The translations under genes were made by a program, and so were the position numbers. Below are positions 10,973 through 53,238 of a stretch of 55,064 nucleotides of DNA, one piece after another. This DNA comes from Octopus bimaculoides. Lineage: Eukaryota. Each line of letters starts with the position of its first letter. The stretch's first letter is position 1. The notes below the pieces were generated by a model. The model searched no databases. It saw only the letters and a list, made by a program, of their open reading frames with translations, and was not told where the DNA came from. The DNA is taken from the NCBI RefSeq assembly GCF_001194135.2, contig NC_068981.1, positions 85,546,652 through 85,601,715 of the forward strand, in the 5' to 3' direction.

Positions 10973-11395
10973 AGGCTCAGGCGTAGCTATGTAATAAAAA
11001 GTTTGCTTCCAAACCACACGGTTCCGGGTTCAGAGACACAACGTGGCACCTTGTCTTCTACTATAGCCTCATGCCGACAAAGCCTTGTGAGTGGATTTGG
11101 TAGATGGAAACTGAAAGAAACCCATCGTATATAAACACACACAAATGTGTGTGTGTGTGTGTGCGCGCGCGCGCGCACGCGTGAATCCGTGTCCGTGAGT
11201 CCGTGTTTGTCTTCCACCACCGCTTGAAACCACTGTTGGTTTATTTTACATTCACGCAAATTAGCGGTTTAGCAAAAGGGTACGGTAGAGTTAGTAGCAA
11301 GCTTTAAAAAATGTAGTATTAGAGTCGATTCGTTCCCACTTCAAGGCGATTCCCCAGCATGGCCGCGGACTAAGACTGAAACAAGTGAATGATGA
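10973..11395 (+). mobile_element. Bipartite tRNA-head SINE
   Basis: Same motifs; central (GT)n(GC)n. Confidence 0.75.
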
Positions 11396-12587
11396 GCGAT
11401 AACAGTTAAACATTCAGGCCTAAAAAAAAAAATAGCGTAACCTGCAAGTCGAGGCGCGATCTAATAACCCCGAGGAGAGACTTAGTCACCAGAGAAACGT
11501 TTACACTTACCGTCCACTCCTCTGGTATGTCTAGATATTGTATACTTATATTAAAACATTTATGATCATGAAAATAGGAACCCCCTCACTGTTTACTGCA
11601 GATATATATGAATATCAAAACATTATGATTATTAAAAAAATGAAACTCCACGACCACAATGATTTATAGATCGAAGCTCAGTAGGGAGTAATTGTTTAGC
11701 TATGGATCTGTAATAACACGTAGTTGTCTTAATGAAACCAAAATAGCCAACAGGCTACTTATGTATGGGAACTAGTTCATAATGTAAACAAAAGAAGGAA
11801 AGGAAACAAGGTCACTTAGTAAAGTGAGACATCGACAAATATCTACTAATTCTATTTCATTGCTACTGTAACTGATAGAAATGTTCCTATCTTACAAGCT
11901 GAGCTCAAAGGTTCAATATTTTCGAAGGAAATACAATTACGTGGACATTCAGACATTTCCCAAGGGAATTAATTTATTGTTTTGTTGCTTTTAGCCCTAG
12001 ATCACTCTAATCGAGTTGACCTACTATCAAACACATACCATTCTGTCTTTTTCCTATATGCAGTTGTGTAGTTCTAGATCTACATTATTCAACGTGTCTC
12101 TTGTATGATGATGAGATGTAAATTGAGGGAGATTTGGCTGCTATTTCTTGCAGGATGACTAACCATGTAGAGAGGCTTCCTCATCTCGAAGCAAAGTATG
12201 TGATGCAAATTTGCGTGAAATGGTTATTGAAAGGCAGTGGTATTCAGGATTCAACAATGCAATGTTATACTTTTCGAGAATTGAGATGATTAACTACCAA
12301 AGACATCAGTTTCGTGTAAGAACTTGGTTGTGATAGGTTACTGAAATTTATTTATATAACCTTTCTTGTACTTGACTACAAATAATATGAACAAACAAGT
12401 TGTAAATTATAGCATTTTCCCCCACAAACAACAAAGGCTCTACGTGACAGTTTGATCTTCTAAAATTAGCAACCAAATATCCTTCAAATCACACCTTAAA
12501 AAAGGCCGCCGAAACAAGAAGTAAATGTAATAACAAAATAAATGATTTTACTGACAGAACAAAATGGTTAAAAAGCATTCCTTTATA

Positions 12588-13175
12588 ATCGAAACTATAG
12601 GCTAAAATATCTAAATTATAGGCTGAAATATCTAAAACATAGTCTAAAATAATTAACTATAGGGTCAAATATCGAAACTATAGACTAAAATATCTAATGT
12701 ATATGCTACAATAACTAAACTATAGGCTGAAATATCGAAACTATAGGCTAAAAATTTTAAATTATAGGCGGAAATATGTAAACTATAGGCTAAAATATCT
12801 AATGTATATGCTACAATAACTAAACTATAGGCTGAAATATCGAAACTATAGGCTAAAAATTTTAAATTATAGGCTGAAATATTGAAACTATAGGCTAAAA
12901 TATCTTGAAACTATAGGCTAAACTATCTTAAGTATAGGCAAAAATAACTAAACTATAGGCTAAAATATTTAAAGTATAGGCTTAGAATATCTAATGTATA
13001 GGCTAACATATTTCAAGTATAGGCTGACATCGAAACTATATGTTAAAATATCTAAATTATAGGCTGAAATATCGAAACTATAGGCTAAAACATCTAAAAT
13101 ATAGGCTAAAATAACAAAACTATAGGTTCAAATATCGTAACTATAGGCTAAAATATCTAAAGTATAGGCTAAAAT
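12588..13175. repeat. 21-bp minisatellite (consensus about AAACTATAGGCTAAAATATCT), about 28 units, with a 105-bp higher-order duplication
   Basis: TATAGGCT core recurs every 21 nt; the variant block TATCTAATGTATATGCTACAATAACT occurs at both 12691 and 12796. Confidence 0.92.
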
Positions 13176-13214
13176 TCCAGGGTTTAGTGAAATGTCTTTG
13201 AATGCCATAGATGC

Positions 13215-13312
13215 ATTAAGAAATAGAGTTAAACGCAGGTGTTATTCAAATCTTGATACTTTCGGAAGTATGAAGATTTGAATAGCACCTGCATTTAACT
13301 CCGTTTCTTAAT
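13215..13312. repeat. 98-bp hairpin (47-bp arms, 5 mismatches, 4-nt loop TCGG)
   Basis: attaagaaatagagttaaacgcaggtgttattcaaatcttgatactt vs reverse complement of the right arm attaagaaacggagttaaatgcaggtgctattcaaatcttcatactt. Confidence 0.9.
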
Positions 13313-13364
13313 TTATATATATATATATATATATATATATGCATGTGTATATGCACATATATAT

Positions 13365-13555
13365 ATATGTAACCTCGTGGACATCGGTACCATTTTCCTA
13401 TTTCTCCGTTCTTCCATTCTCCGAACTTTCCATCGTTCCGACGAAGGGCTATGCCCGAAACGTCATACACTCTCTCTTTCCTTTCCTGAGCGTCCAATAA
13501 CACTATCCATATCACGTCCTCACTTTGTTGTTTTTTTGTTATTGTTTTTTTGAAC
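13365..13555 (+). mobile_element. Probable Penelope-like terminal fragment with a hammerhead-like core
   Basis: CCGACGA-A-GGGC-TAT-GCCC-GAAAC-GTC at 13438-13464, followed by a pyrimidine/T-rich tail and a TA microsatellite. Confidence 0.45.
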
Positions 13556-13556
13556 T

Positions 13557-13605
<49 letters not shown>

Positions 13606-13619
13606 GCATATGTTTGTGT

Positions 13620-14080
13620 GTCTCTGTTTGTCCCCCCAACATCGCTTGACAACCGATGCTGGTGTGTTTATATCCCCGTTACTTAGCGGTCCGGCAAAAG
13701 AGATCGATAGAATAAGTACTAGGCTTACAAAGAATAAGTCCTGGTCGATTTGCTCGATGGCCACAGTCAAATGACTGAAACAAGTATAAGGGTAAAAGAG
13801 CAAAGAGTATATATATATATAGGTGCAGGAGTAGCAGTGTGGTATGTGGCTTGCTTACCAATCACATGGTCCTGGGTTCAGTCCCACTGCTTGGCACCTT
13901 GGGTAAGTGTCTTCTACTACAGCCTGTGTTTATGTCCCCGTAACTTAGCAGTTCAGTAAAAAGAGACCGATAGAATAAGTTCTAGGCTTACAAAAAATAA
14001 GTCCTGGGGTCGATTTGCTCGACTAAAGGGGTGCCCCAGCATGACCGCAGTCAAATGACTGAGGCAAGGAAAAGAATTAA
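13620..14080 (+). mobile_element. Two adjacent SINE copies (3' half at 13620-13800; internally deleted copy at 13822-14080)
   Basis: Two successive ccccgt(t)acttagc...gaataagt...gtcaaatgactga bodies. Confidence 0.75.
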
Positions 14081-15734
14081 AGAATATATATATGTGTGTA
14101 TGTGTGTGCATATTTATATATGTGTGTATATATATGTGTGTGTGTGTATGTATATATATATATATATGTATATATANNNNNNNNNNNNNNNNNNNNNNNN
14201 NNNNNNNNNNNNNNNNNNNNNNNNNNNNNNNNNNNNNNNNNNNNNNNNNNNNNNNNNNNNNNNNNNNNNNNNNNNNNNNNNNNNNNNNATTAAAAATGGG
14301 GAAGACCAGTTTATGGGATTATCTTAGGTTTCCCGTCCATAAATATATATATCTTTCAGTTAGTGGAGACAGCAGTACCCTTAACTGACAAAAGGAAGTG
14401 CGGTAAGCTAGAGTGTGCACCACCCGGGGCAGCCCTTGTGTTTGCTGCTTCTCCTCCGACCCCTCCAAGCTTATTCATGCTTGTATTATACAGCAGACCC
14501 CAAAATGCCGCCCCCATAAAAGCATTGACTGGGATGGACCGCTACCCTTGCATAGTGCTTGAAGAAGTAGCGGTTATATAATATGAATTTATATATTTGA
14601 AATAAACTGGCAATTGAAACACTTGTAGTGATGCCCTGAAGTATTCATTCGGCTTATTCTTGCTTACTATATATATATCACACTACATAAAATGTACCAT
14701 TATTCCTTTGATACAAATATGGATTTGCAGGATAACCGGCACCAGTGAACAGCTGTTTAAACTCTGTATTGACTGCTGATCTGAACGGCTGAATCACCTA
14801 GAAGTTTATACGGAACAATCAACCTAGCCAAAAATTTGCGGAGATGCTTCTATGTTAATTTGCCTTGATTTAATTCATCCTTTTTATTTTAATGTATGTA
14901 CGTATTTATATTTGTATGTATGCATGTATGTACGAAAGTATGTGTGTGTGTGCGATGTTTTGTATATATGTGCGTGTGTGTGTGTGTATGTGCATGTTTG
15001 TGTAATCAAACGTATTATTAACCATCATTTGATTACCTTTCACTTAATGCAGTTTGTTTCACTAAGTCCGCCATCTTACATTTATAAAGTTCGAACAATC
15101 GTCAAAGAAAATGGGTTTTAACAAAACTATGGCTAACAGAATACTTTCTTGTTTTGTTTTTTTGGAGGGTGTTTATTTTAAACATTGGGTTGATAATTGG
15201 TGGGAAAAGCAGTACGAAACATTTAAGGTTACTCAGAAACTCCTTTACATTCACAATTACGATAGAGCATGATGGAACATGCATTTCAAAATGAACACAT
15301 TTACACCAACTATCTTTCTGTCTGTCTCTCTCTTTCTCTCCCTCTCAGTTAAATGAAATAAAAGTGTGTGTGTGTGTATGCATGTGGGTATAGTATGTTA
15401 ATTCTCTCTCTTTCTTTCTTTCTTTCTCTCTATCCAGTTAAATCGAATGGATAATTAGTTCTCTGCACACATGCACGTGCGTGTCTGTGAATACTGGCTT
15501 AATTCTTTTTTTGAAACAGGCTCAAGGCTATAAATAATATAACATAAATATCGGGTTGAAAAACCCTTTTTGGATAGAAAAAGTTGAAGATAACCTCATA
15601 AGCTTTCATTTATAGCTTTATGCTGCAGGATTTACTGTTCCAAAACAGAATTATCTCGCGTTCTCTTGAAAGTTTATAAAATTCTTATGGTTGAAAACAT
15701 GGCTATTAATCAGAAGGTATGCAAGTTTATGTGG

Positions 15735-16068
15735 AGGCGCAACGGCCCAGTGGTTAGGGCAGCAGACTCGCGGTTTCGATTCCCAGACTGGGCGTTGTGA
15801 GTGTTTATTGAGTGAAAACACCTAAAGCTCCACGAGGCTCCGGCAGGGGATGGTGGTGAACCCTGCTGTACTCTTTCACCACAACTTTCTCTCACTATTG
15901 CTTCCTGTTTCTGTTGTGCCTGTAATTCAAAGGGTCAGCCTTGTCACTCTGTGTCATGCTGAATATCCCCGAGAACTACGTTAAGGGTACACATGTACAC
16001 AAGCAGGCTGTTCCGTTGATCGGATCAACTGGAACCCTCGTCGTCGTAAGCGACGGGGTGCCAACAAC
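15735..16068 (+). mobile_element. tRNA-derived SINE of a different family (GC-richer body)
   Basis: Head ggcgcaacggcccagtggttagggcagcagactcgcg with an A/B-box-like layout; ends in ggtgccaacaac. Confidence 0.7.
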
Positions 16069-19000
16069 ATGCAAGTTTATGTGATGCTGGAGTAGAGAGC
16101 TTTGAAACCAAACACAGGAAATTGTATGGAGGGAGGAGGAGACATCATCAACCCTACGCAGCTGTTGTTCAGGGTCACTTTCTGTGCCCTCAGTGCTACA
16201 GGAGCTGCTTCTCTCATATCAGTTTTATTCAACCATGTCTGTTCCCATGAGAAACAATTTGCTGGAGGCAGAGAAGGATGAATGTCCTGGATCAACGCTG
16301 TCGTCACTTTTGATGGGCCATCATAAGCAAGCAAGTAAGCAAATGTGATAGAGAGGGAGTGAGAGTGAGAGAAAGATGTAATCAATTGAACCAAACACCT
16401 TTATTTACTGTTAGTTATTTCATTGACTATTAGTGAGAAGCTAATCATCATCATCATCATCGTTTAACGTCCGCTTTCCATGCTAGCATGGGTTGGACGA
16501 CTTGACTGAGGACTGGTGAAACCGGATGGCAACACCAGGCTCCAATCTAAATTTGGCAGAGTTTCTACAGCTGGATGCCCTTCCTAACGCCAACCACATT
16601 ATACCCAGCAAAAGCCAGTTGTTGAGTGAGTAATACAGGCTGTTGCAAATTATTTCTTGGTTTTGTTATTGTTTAGCTTTAAGTCAACTCTGACTAAAGA
16701 AATCTATGGTTAATGACGTTTCAACCATAACCACCCTTTTGTTTTCTATATCAGAAACTCCTTTAGTCAATATGTTCCCTTTTATATGATTGTAGAGTAC
16801 AATTTGATGGTAATTTGGCTGCTATTTCTAACAAGTCAATTGACCATGTAGAGACTTCCACATTGGTTCTGCATTGTCTACCAAAGGTGTTTTACCAATA
16901 ACTAATTTCTGCTCAAGTTGGCTTCCATTCTCTCTATTGTTGGAAAGAATTATGTAAGATGTGTTTGCTATCAAGTCTGCAATTCAATACCACTGCTCCA
17001 GGTCCCATACAGCTTGTAAGACTGACATCTATGTCCTTGACCAAGTAAGCAATCCGCTAAGCTTGTTAAACATTGTATGTTAGCAGAAACTGATATACCA
17101 CCAGCAAACCATCTTGCCTGGTATTATCTCAAGCAAGCTTTGTTGAAGAAAACCACAGAAGAAATAATGAACTGATGATGTGAAAAAAAATAGATGGGCA
17201 ACCAACCTGTATGTCACCTACTGAGAATTGCTCCAAGTGCAATCACACTGATGACCAGTCAAGGAAGTCACAATACATTGCTTCTCAATCTCATGGTACA
17301 ATGAAGACATGGTTTTAGTAGAGCTTATCAAAAACCTGCCTGAGATTCTTGTGCTTTAGGTCAGCACAAAGAGCATCTCTTTGATGCATTAATGCAAGCT
17401 TTCATTTACAGACAACTTTGTAGTTTTATCAATTAGGTACTCTTTCAAATTCCAAATTTACTAAGAGAGTGAAGTTTTTTACCTTTCCTGAAGGTGTAGA
17501 TGTATTATACATACCTGATCTTAGACATATTTTTTATGGGCCCAGTATAATTCTTCTCAACACGATTTTACCTGTACTTTTTCAAAGCACTTGATTTGTG
17601 TAGTTATTGTTTAGCTCCATAGTCTGATCAAAGCTGTTCTAACCTTGACCGTTCCATCATTGTTTTCAGTTGTAGTGTATCCAGAAACTATATGGTCCAA
17701 TCTTTTCCTTCTTTTCATGTGTGGGATCTTAAGAAAAGGTGAATGAATGTTTGACTACTATCTTAAGTAGGTTGAGCAACTATATGTATTCCATTATTGC
17801 AATGGATATTGTGCTGGTGTTTCGCATATCTAGGCAATATTACCATAGCAATATTTCCTATACAATTATAGCTAACTTTTAGAATGCTGATGATGAGGTG
17901 AAATCTTAGCTTTGAAAGAATGAATTAGTTTCTCTCTCTCACCTACAATATGATGATCGTCATCATTGGGAATTTGATCATATCCAAAGGATAAGTTACA
18001 GTCAGTTAAGATAAAGTATTTCAAATAGAAAGTAATAGTGATGTTTCAAACAAGGGGTGTGGTTCTCAATGAGCTAACAGTATTGGTGATGCAAAATTCA
18101 TATAAGATTCACAGATTCTGATAATCTCCTTGATTTTTGAGTGTTTCTGCTCAGTAATTTTCTGTCACTCTGTATGTATTTAAATCATGTTTGTCAAGTT
18201 TTATGTGTGCATTTGTTATCTCCCTGCATTCAGAGCACTCAAGTTAATAGAGCCTCTACAGTCACTCAACAAGCTAGAAATAGCAGCCAAATCTTCAACT
18301 CACATATTACCATCTTAATAAAAGACTCATCAGATAATGTTGTCCTTAATGTGCAAAAGAGATGGTCATGACTAGGGTGCCTTTGATCCATGGGTATACT
18401 CACTCAGTAGGTGACTTGAGACAAAACAATAACTGCAAAGTTGAACAGTTTGGTCTTTACCAAGTTTCACATGGTAGTATACATTCAATCTATTCATCAC
18501 AAACCTACCTTGTTTTAACTTAGTTGTTGTAGTCCTTATGACCCTTTATTACTTAGTTTATCTGGCATATGTCTCTTATCTTTGAGACAGTTAAAGCTAA
18601 CAATCTCTCACAAATTTATACCAGTTCTGATATCACTTCTAACTGTATTTGATATTTTCATTTCTGCTTTTAAATAAAATGCAATTCTTAACAAATTTTA
18701 ACAAACTGTAGTGACAAATATATATTCTTTCTGTAAACATTGCTGTTTAAGGGGAAAATATTATTTTCTACAGCATGGAAGGCACATATTAGTCATTCAA
18801 AATCAAAAACACACAAACACTGTTATTTTCAATTTGTGTCAGTGACTAGGTTGCAGTTGATGCAACAAAAGTTTGGACACCAAATAATAAATATTTAATT
18901 GAATTTAACAGATTTAAATCATTTGCCAGGCAAATACAGCTCCAAAATTATTCTTGTTTGTTCATCATAATCATCCTTTAACATCCGTGTGTTGGGTGCT

Positions 19001-19185
19001 TTTAACTTGGTACCAACACAAGCACTTTTACATGGTGCTGGCATGAGTGGTTTATACATGGCACCAGCACAGGACTCTTGCAGGCCAATCCTCTTCAACA
19101 GGGGATACGGAAATTAACATTTCTGCTGGGGAGGACAGGTCTTTTAAGAAATAAAGAATGACAGGCATTATTTGCAATAATGAAA

Positions 19186-19191
19186 TTTAAT
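19186..19191 (-). terminator. Candidate NDUFS8 polyadenylation signal (ATTAAA on -)
   Basis: Plus-strand tttaat about 125 nt past the NDUFS8 stop codon; position only. Confidence 0.4.
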
Positions 19192-19313
19192 GTACAAGGT
19201 ATTTTCATATGCATAAGTACAGTACAAAATGTCAACCTATTGAACTCCATCTAGAAAAGAAACAAGTTACCAACTCATGCTGTCAGGGGTAATCTAAACT
19301 AGTACTAAACTAG

Positions 19314-30385
<11,072 letters not shown>

Positions 30386-30871
30386 ATCTGCTACAAAATA
30401 CGTCCCCAAAATGCTGATCAAGGGGAGTTAACTACAAATTAGAGTTTCGTTTCGGAATTACTATAAAATATGGAATACCTGAAGGAACATAATTATTATG
30501 TGGTGATACTTTATTGATGTGTGAGGGTGAAACAGTGGAAACGAACTTTTTTTTTTATAAATAATCTACTAGAACATGACAAATACATCTCTGATTAGTT
30601 AAGAATTTTAAATACTAATAGAATTTTAAATCAAGAATTTTAAATACTAATAGAAAAGTTCGACACAATTTCTATGTAATTTACAATTTTCAAGCCAAAA
30701 CATTGATTACAGTGCGTCTACATTCCTTCTAAATCTTGATAAAACATATTATCAGATATATCATATTCTTTCCTCTGAAGTCATATTAATTACTAGGTAA
30801 AATGAAAACGTGAACACCGGTTTCTCGTGTTTATATTATACGACGTCCATCCCACGTGTTTGGTCGTCAAA
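30386..30871. promoter_or_regulatory. Shared divergent (bidirectional) promoter/5'UTR region of NDUFS8 and DDX52
   Basis: Only 486 bp separate the two opposing ATGs. Contains CACGTG (30853-30858) and a 22-bp direct repeat (30601-30622, 30633-30654). TSS positions cannot be read from the sequence. Confidence 0.75.
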
Positions 30872-51308
<20,437 letters not shown>

Positions 51309-51414
51309 AATAGTTTCAAATTTTATAATGTGTTGGCTTGTGTCTAGAATTTTATTGTACATTTTTTTAAAGGAGTGTGGCAAATGTATATTAGCTGACT
51401 ATGAAAGCTATGGA

Positions 51415-51420
51415 AATAAA
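51415..51420 (+). terminator. Candidate DDX52 polyadenylation signal AATAAA
   Basis: AATAAA about 107 nt downstream of the TAA; further AATAAA motifs overlap the stop codon itself. Confidence 0.5.
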
Positions 51421-53043
51421 AACAAGCATGAATAATTTCCTTTAGTTTAGCCTCTATTAAACTGATATGGCTGGTTTAAATGCAAAAGGGTTAAGAGATT
51501 TTATATTATCTGCAACTTACCTCTACAGCATTTATCTCAGTTATCATGTAAAAATTAAATATGTAGCATAAAATCAAAATACAAATTGGATGTAAATTTA
51601 CATGAAAGAAAATCATTACAGGTAAACTAAACTGAGAATTATATTACCAGATTATAGCCAGTCATCAAACTATGAAAATATGTTGCAAAATACCTAAAAT
51701 ACATAAAATATTTAACAATTCATCATCATTTGATGTCTGTTTTCTATGCTGGCATGAGTTGGATGGCTTGACAGGAACTGGTAAGGCCAAGGGCCTGCAT
51801 CAGGTTCCATATTCTGTTTTGGCTTGGTTTCTACAGCTTCATGCCCTTCCTAATGCCAACCACTCCATAGAGTGTACTGGGTGCTTTTTAAGTGGCACCA
51901 TAACCAATGCTTTTTATGTGGTACCAGCACTAGTGCTTTTCACATGGCACCAGCACCCACACCAATGCTTTTTACGTGGCACCTTGGCTTTAAGATCTCA
52001 ATTCTGTTGTGGTGGGCAAGTCTTCTCAAGTACAGCAATGCACCACATATCTTGGTCCTCTGTCATCTTTATAAGGTTCAGCATTTTGAGATCAGCCTTC
52101 AAAACTTCAGTCTTTTAAGATCAGCCTTATTTAATTAATGAAATATGATAGAATTTTTTAAACATCATATGGCTATGAGAGTTCAATAGAGTAAAATAGG
52201 AATCAAAGGGGTTTGTAGATAAAAAATGGTTGGGAACCACTGAGTTTAGAGTATGCTTCTGAGTAATTTCATAGCAATCAGTTGAATGGCCTTGGCTCTT
52301 CTTCAGTTGCAGTCTAGGATGTGTGAATATATGTAGCAGAAACATCATCTCAGATGTGGATGCAGTACATCCATTGTAGGCTTCACTTGAGCTTTATAGA
52401 GGGTTGGTAGTTATTGGTGGGGACAAAGTATTTCAGTTGTTACAACTATATTGAGCATCAATTTCAAGAGATATAAATCATGGTCCCAGAATTTAAAATG
52501 ACAGGTATTAAAAAAAAAAAAATTAAGATGCTATAAGATTTTTCTTTGCTTCCTCATCTTCAAAGTATTATATATATGTCCTAGTAAAAATAAAGGACTT
52601 CAAATGATCAGAAGGAGAAAATAACAGGTGTGAGTCATTGATTATTTAATAATTAGTAATGCAACAGCATAAACACAAGATGAATTAAGGATAACTCGGT
52701 GAACAAAACAATATCTCACTAACCCGACAAAGAAAGTAAACAAATATAGTTATTTCTGTTAGGAAACAAGTACCTAATATCAAAATCTAAATCTAAGCCT
52801 AGCAGTTAGCTCAAGGCTACCAGGTTTTAAATGAAAATAAAACACATGCCTAATAGTGAAATAATACAGTAACTTAACACTTAACTTTGAATAGACATGA
52901 CTAAGAGCTAATGAGGAAGTCTTCAAAAAATGCTAGAAATAGTAGCAAAACTGACTCGAATTTTTTTTTAAAAGTCAATACAATAAGTAATATGGTTCTC
53001 TTTCTTATATATATATATACACACACACACATGCACACTATAC

Positions 53044-53238
53044 CTGAGAAAAGGATGGAATGGTCAAAGCAGCAACATCTTTGACTGCAAAACTTTCAGC
53101 ATGAAACTCCTGTTGAAAATTAAGGAATCATGCAAATCTGTTCGCTGTTGAACAAATATCCAGAGGGAGAAGGCTCGCTATTTTTTTCACCTGATTTACA
53201 GGTTGCAAATGAAAAACTCTGAGACTAAGTGATGGAAA
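53044..53238 (-). CDS. Two putative short exons of an unidentified gene convergent with DDX52
   Basis: 53238-53191 (cag|FPSLSLRVFHLQPVNQ|gtgaaa) and 53109-53044 (ttttcaacag|EFHAESFAVKDVAALTIPSFSQ|gtatag) are joined by an 81-nt GT-AG intron. In the 66-nt exon only this frame is open. No homology recognised. Confidence 0.3.

Noticed and set aside
11490-11535. Back-to-back splice-donor-like motifs (acttac on -, ctg|gtatgt on +) hinting at a hidden small exon
   Set aside because: No supporting ORF, partner exon or recognisable homology.
12588-13175. 21-bp array as a CRISPR array or a repetitive protein
   Set aside because: The units are contiguous with no unique spacers, the context is eukaryotic, and the only semi-open frame (NYRLKYL) contains stops and has no start or splice support.
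18040-18130. Faint RT-like peptide (ASPILL...) on the minus strand; similar faint LINE ends at 31300-31530
   Set aside because: Too degenerate to classify by eye; needs a translated profile search.
30827-30871. Earlier GTG start for DDX52 from the ORF track
   Set aside because: ATG 30872 gives MDGHSLFRLLGVGAKFD, matching the known DDX52 N-terminus; non-ATG starts in the track come from a prokaryotic-style ORF caller.
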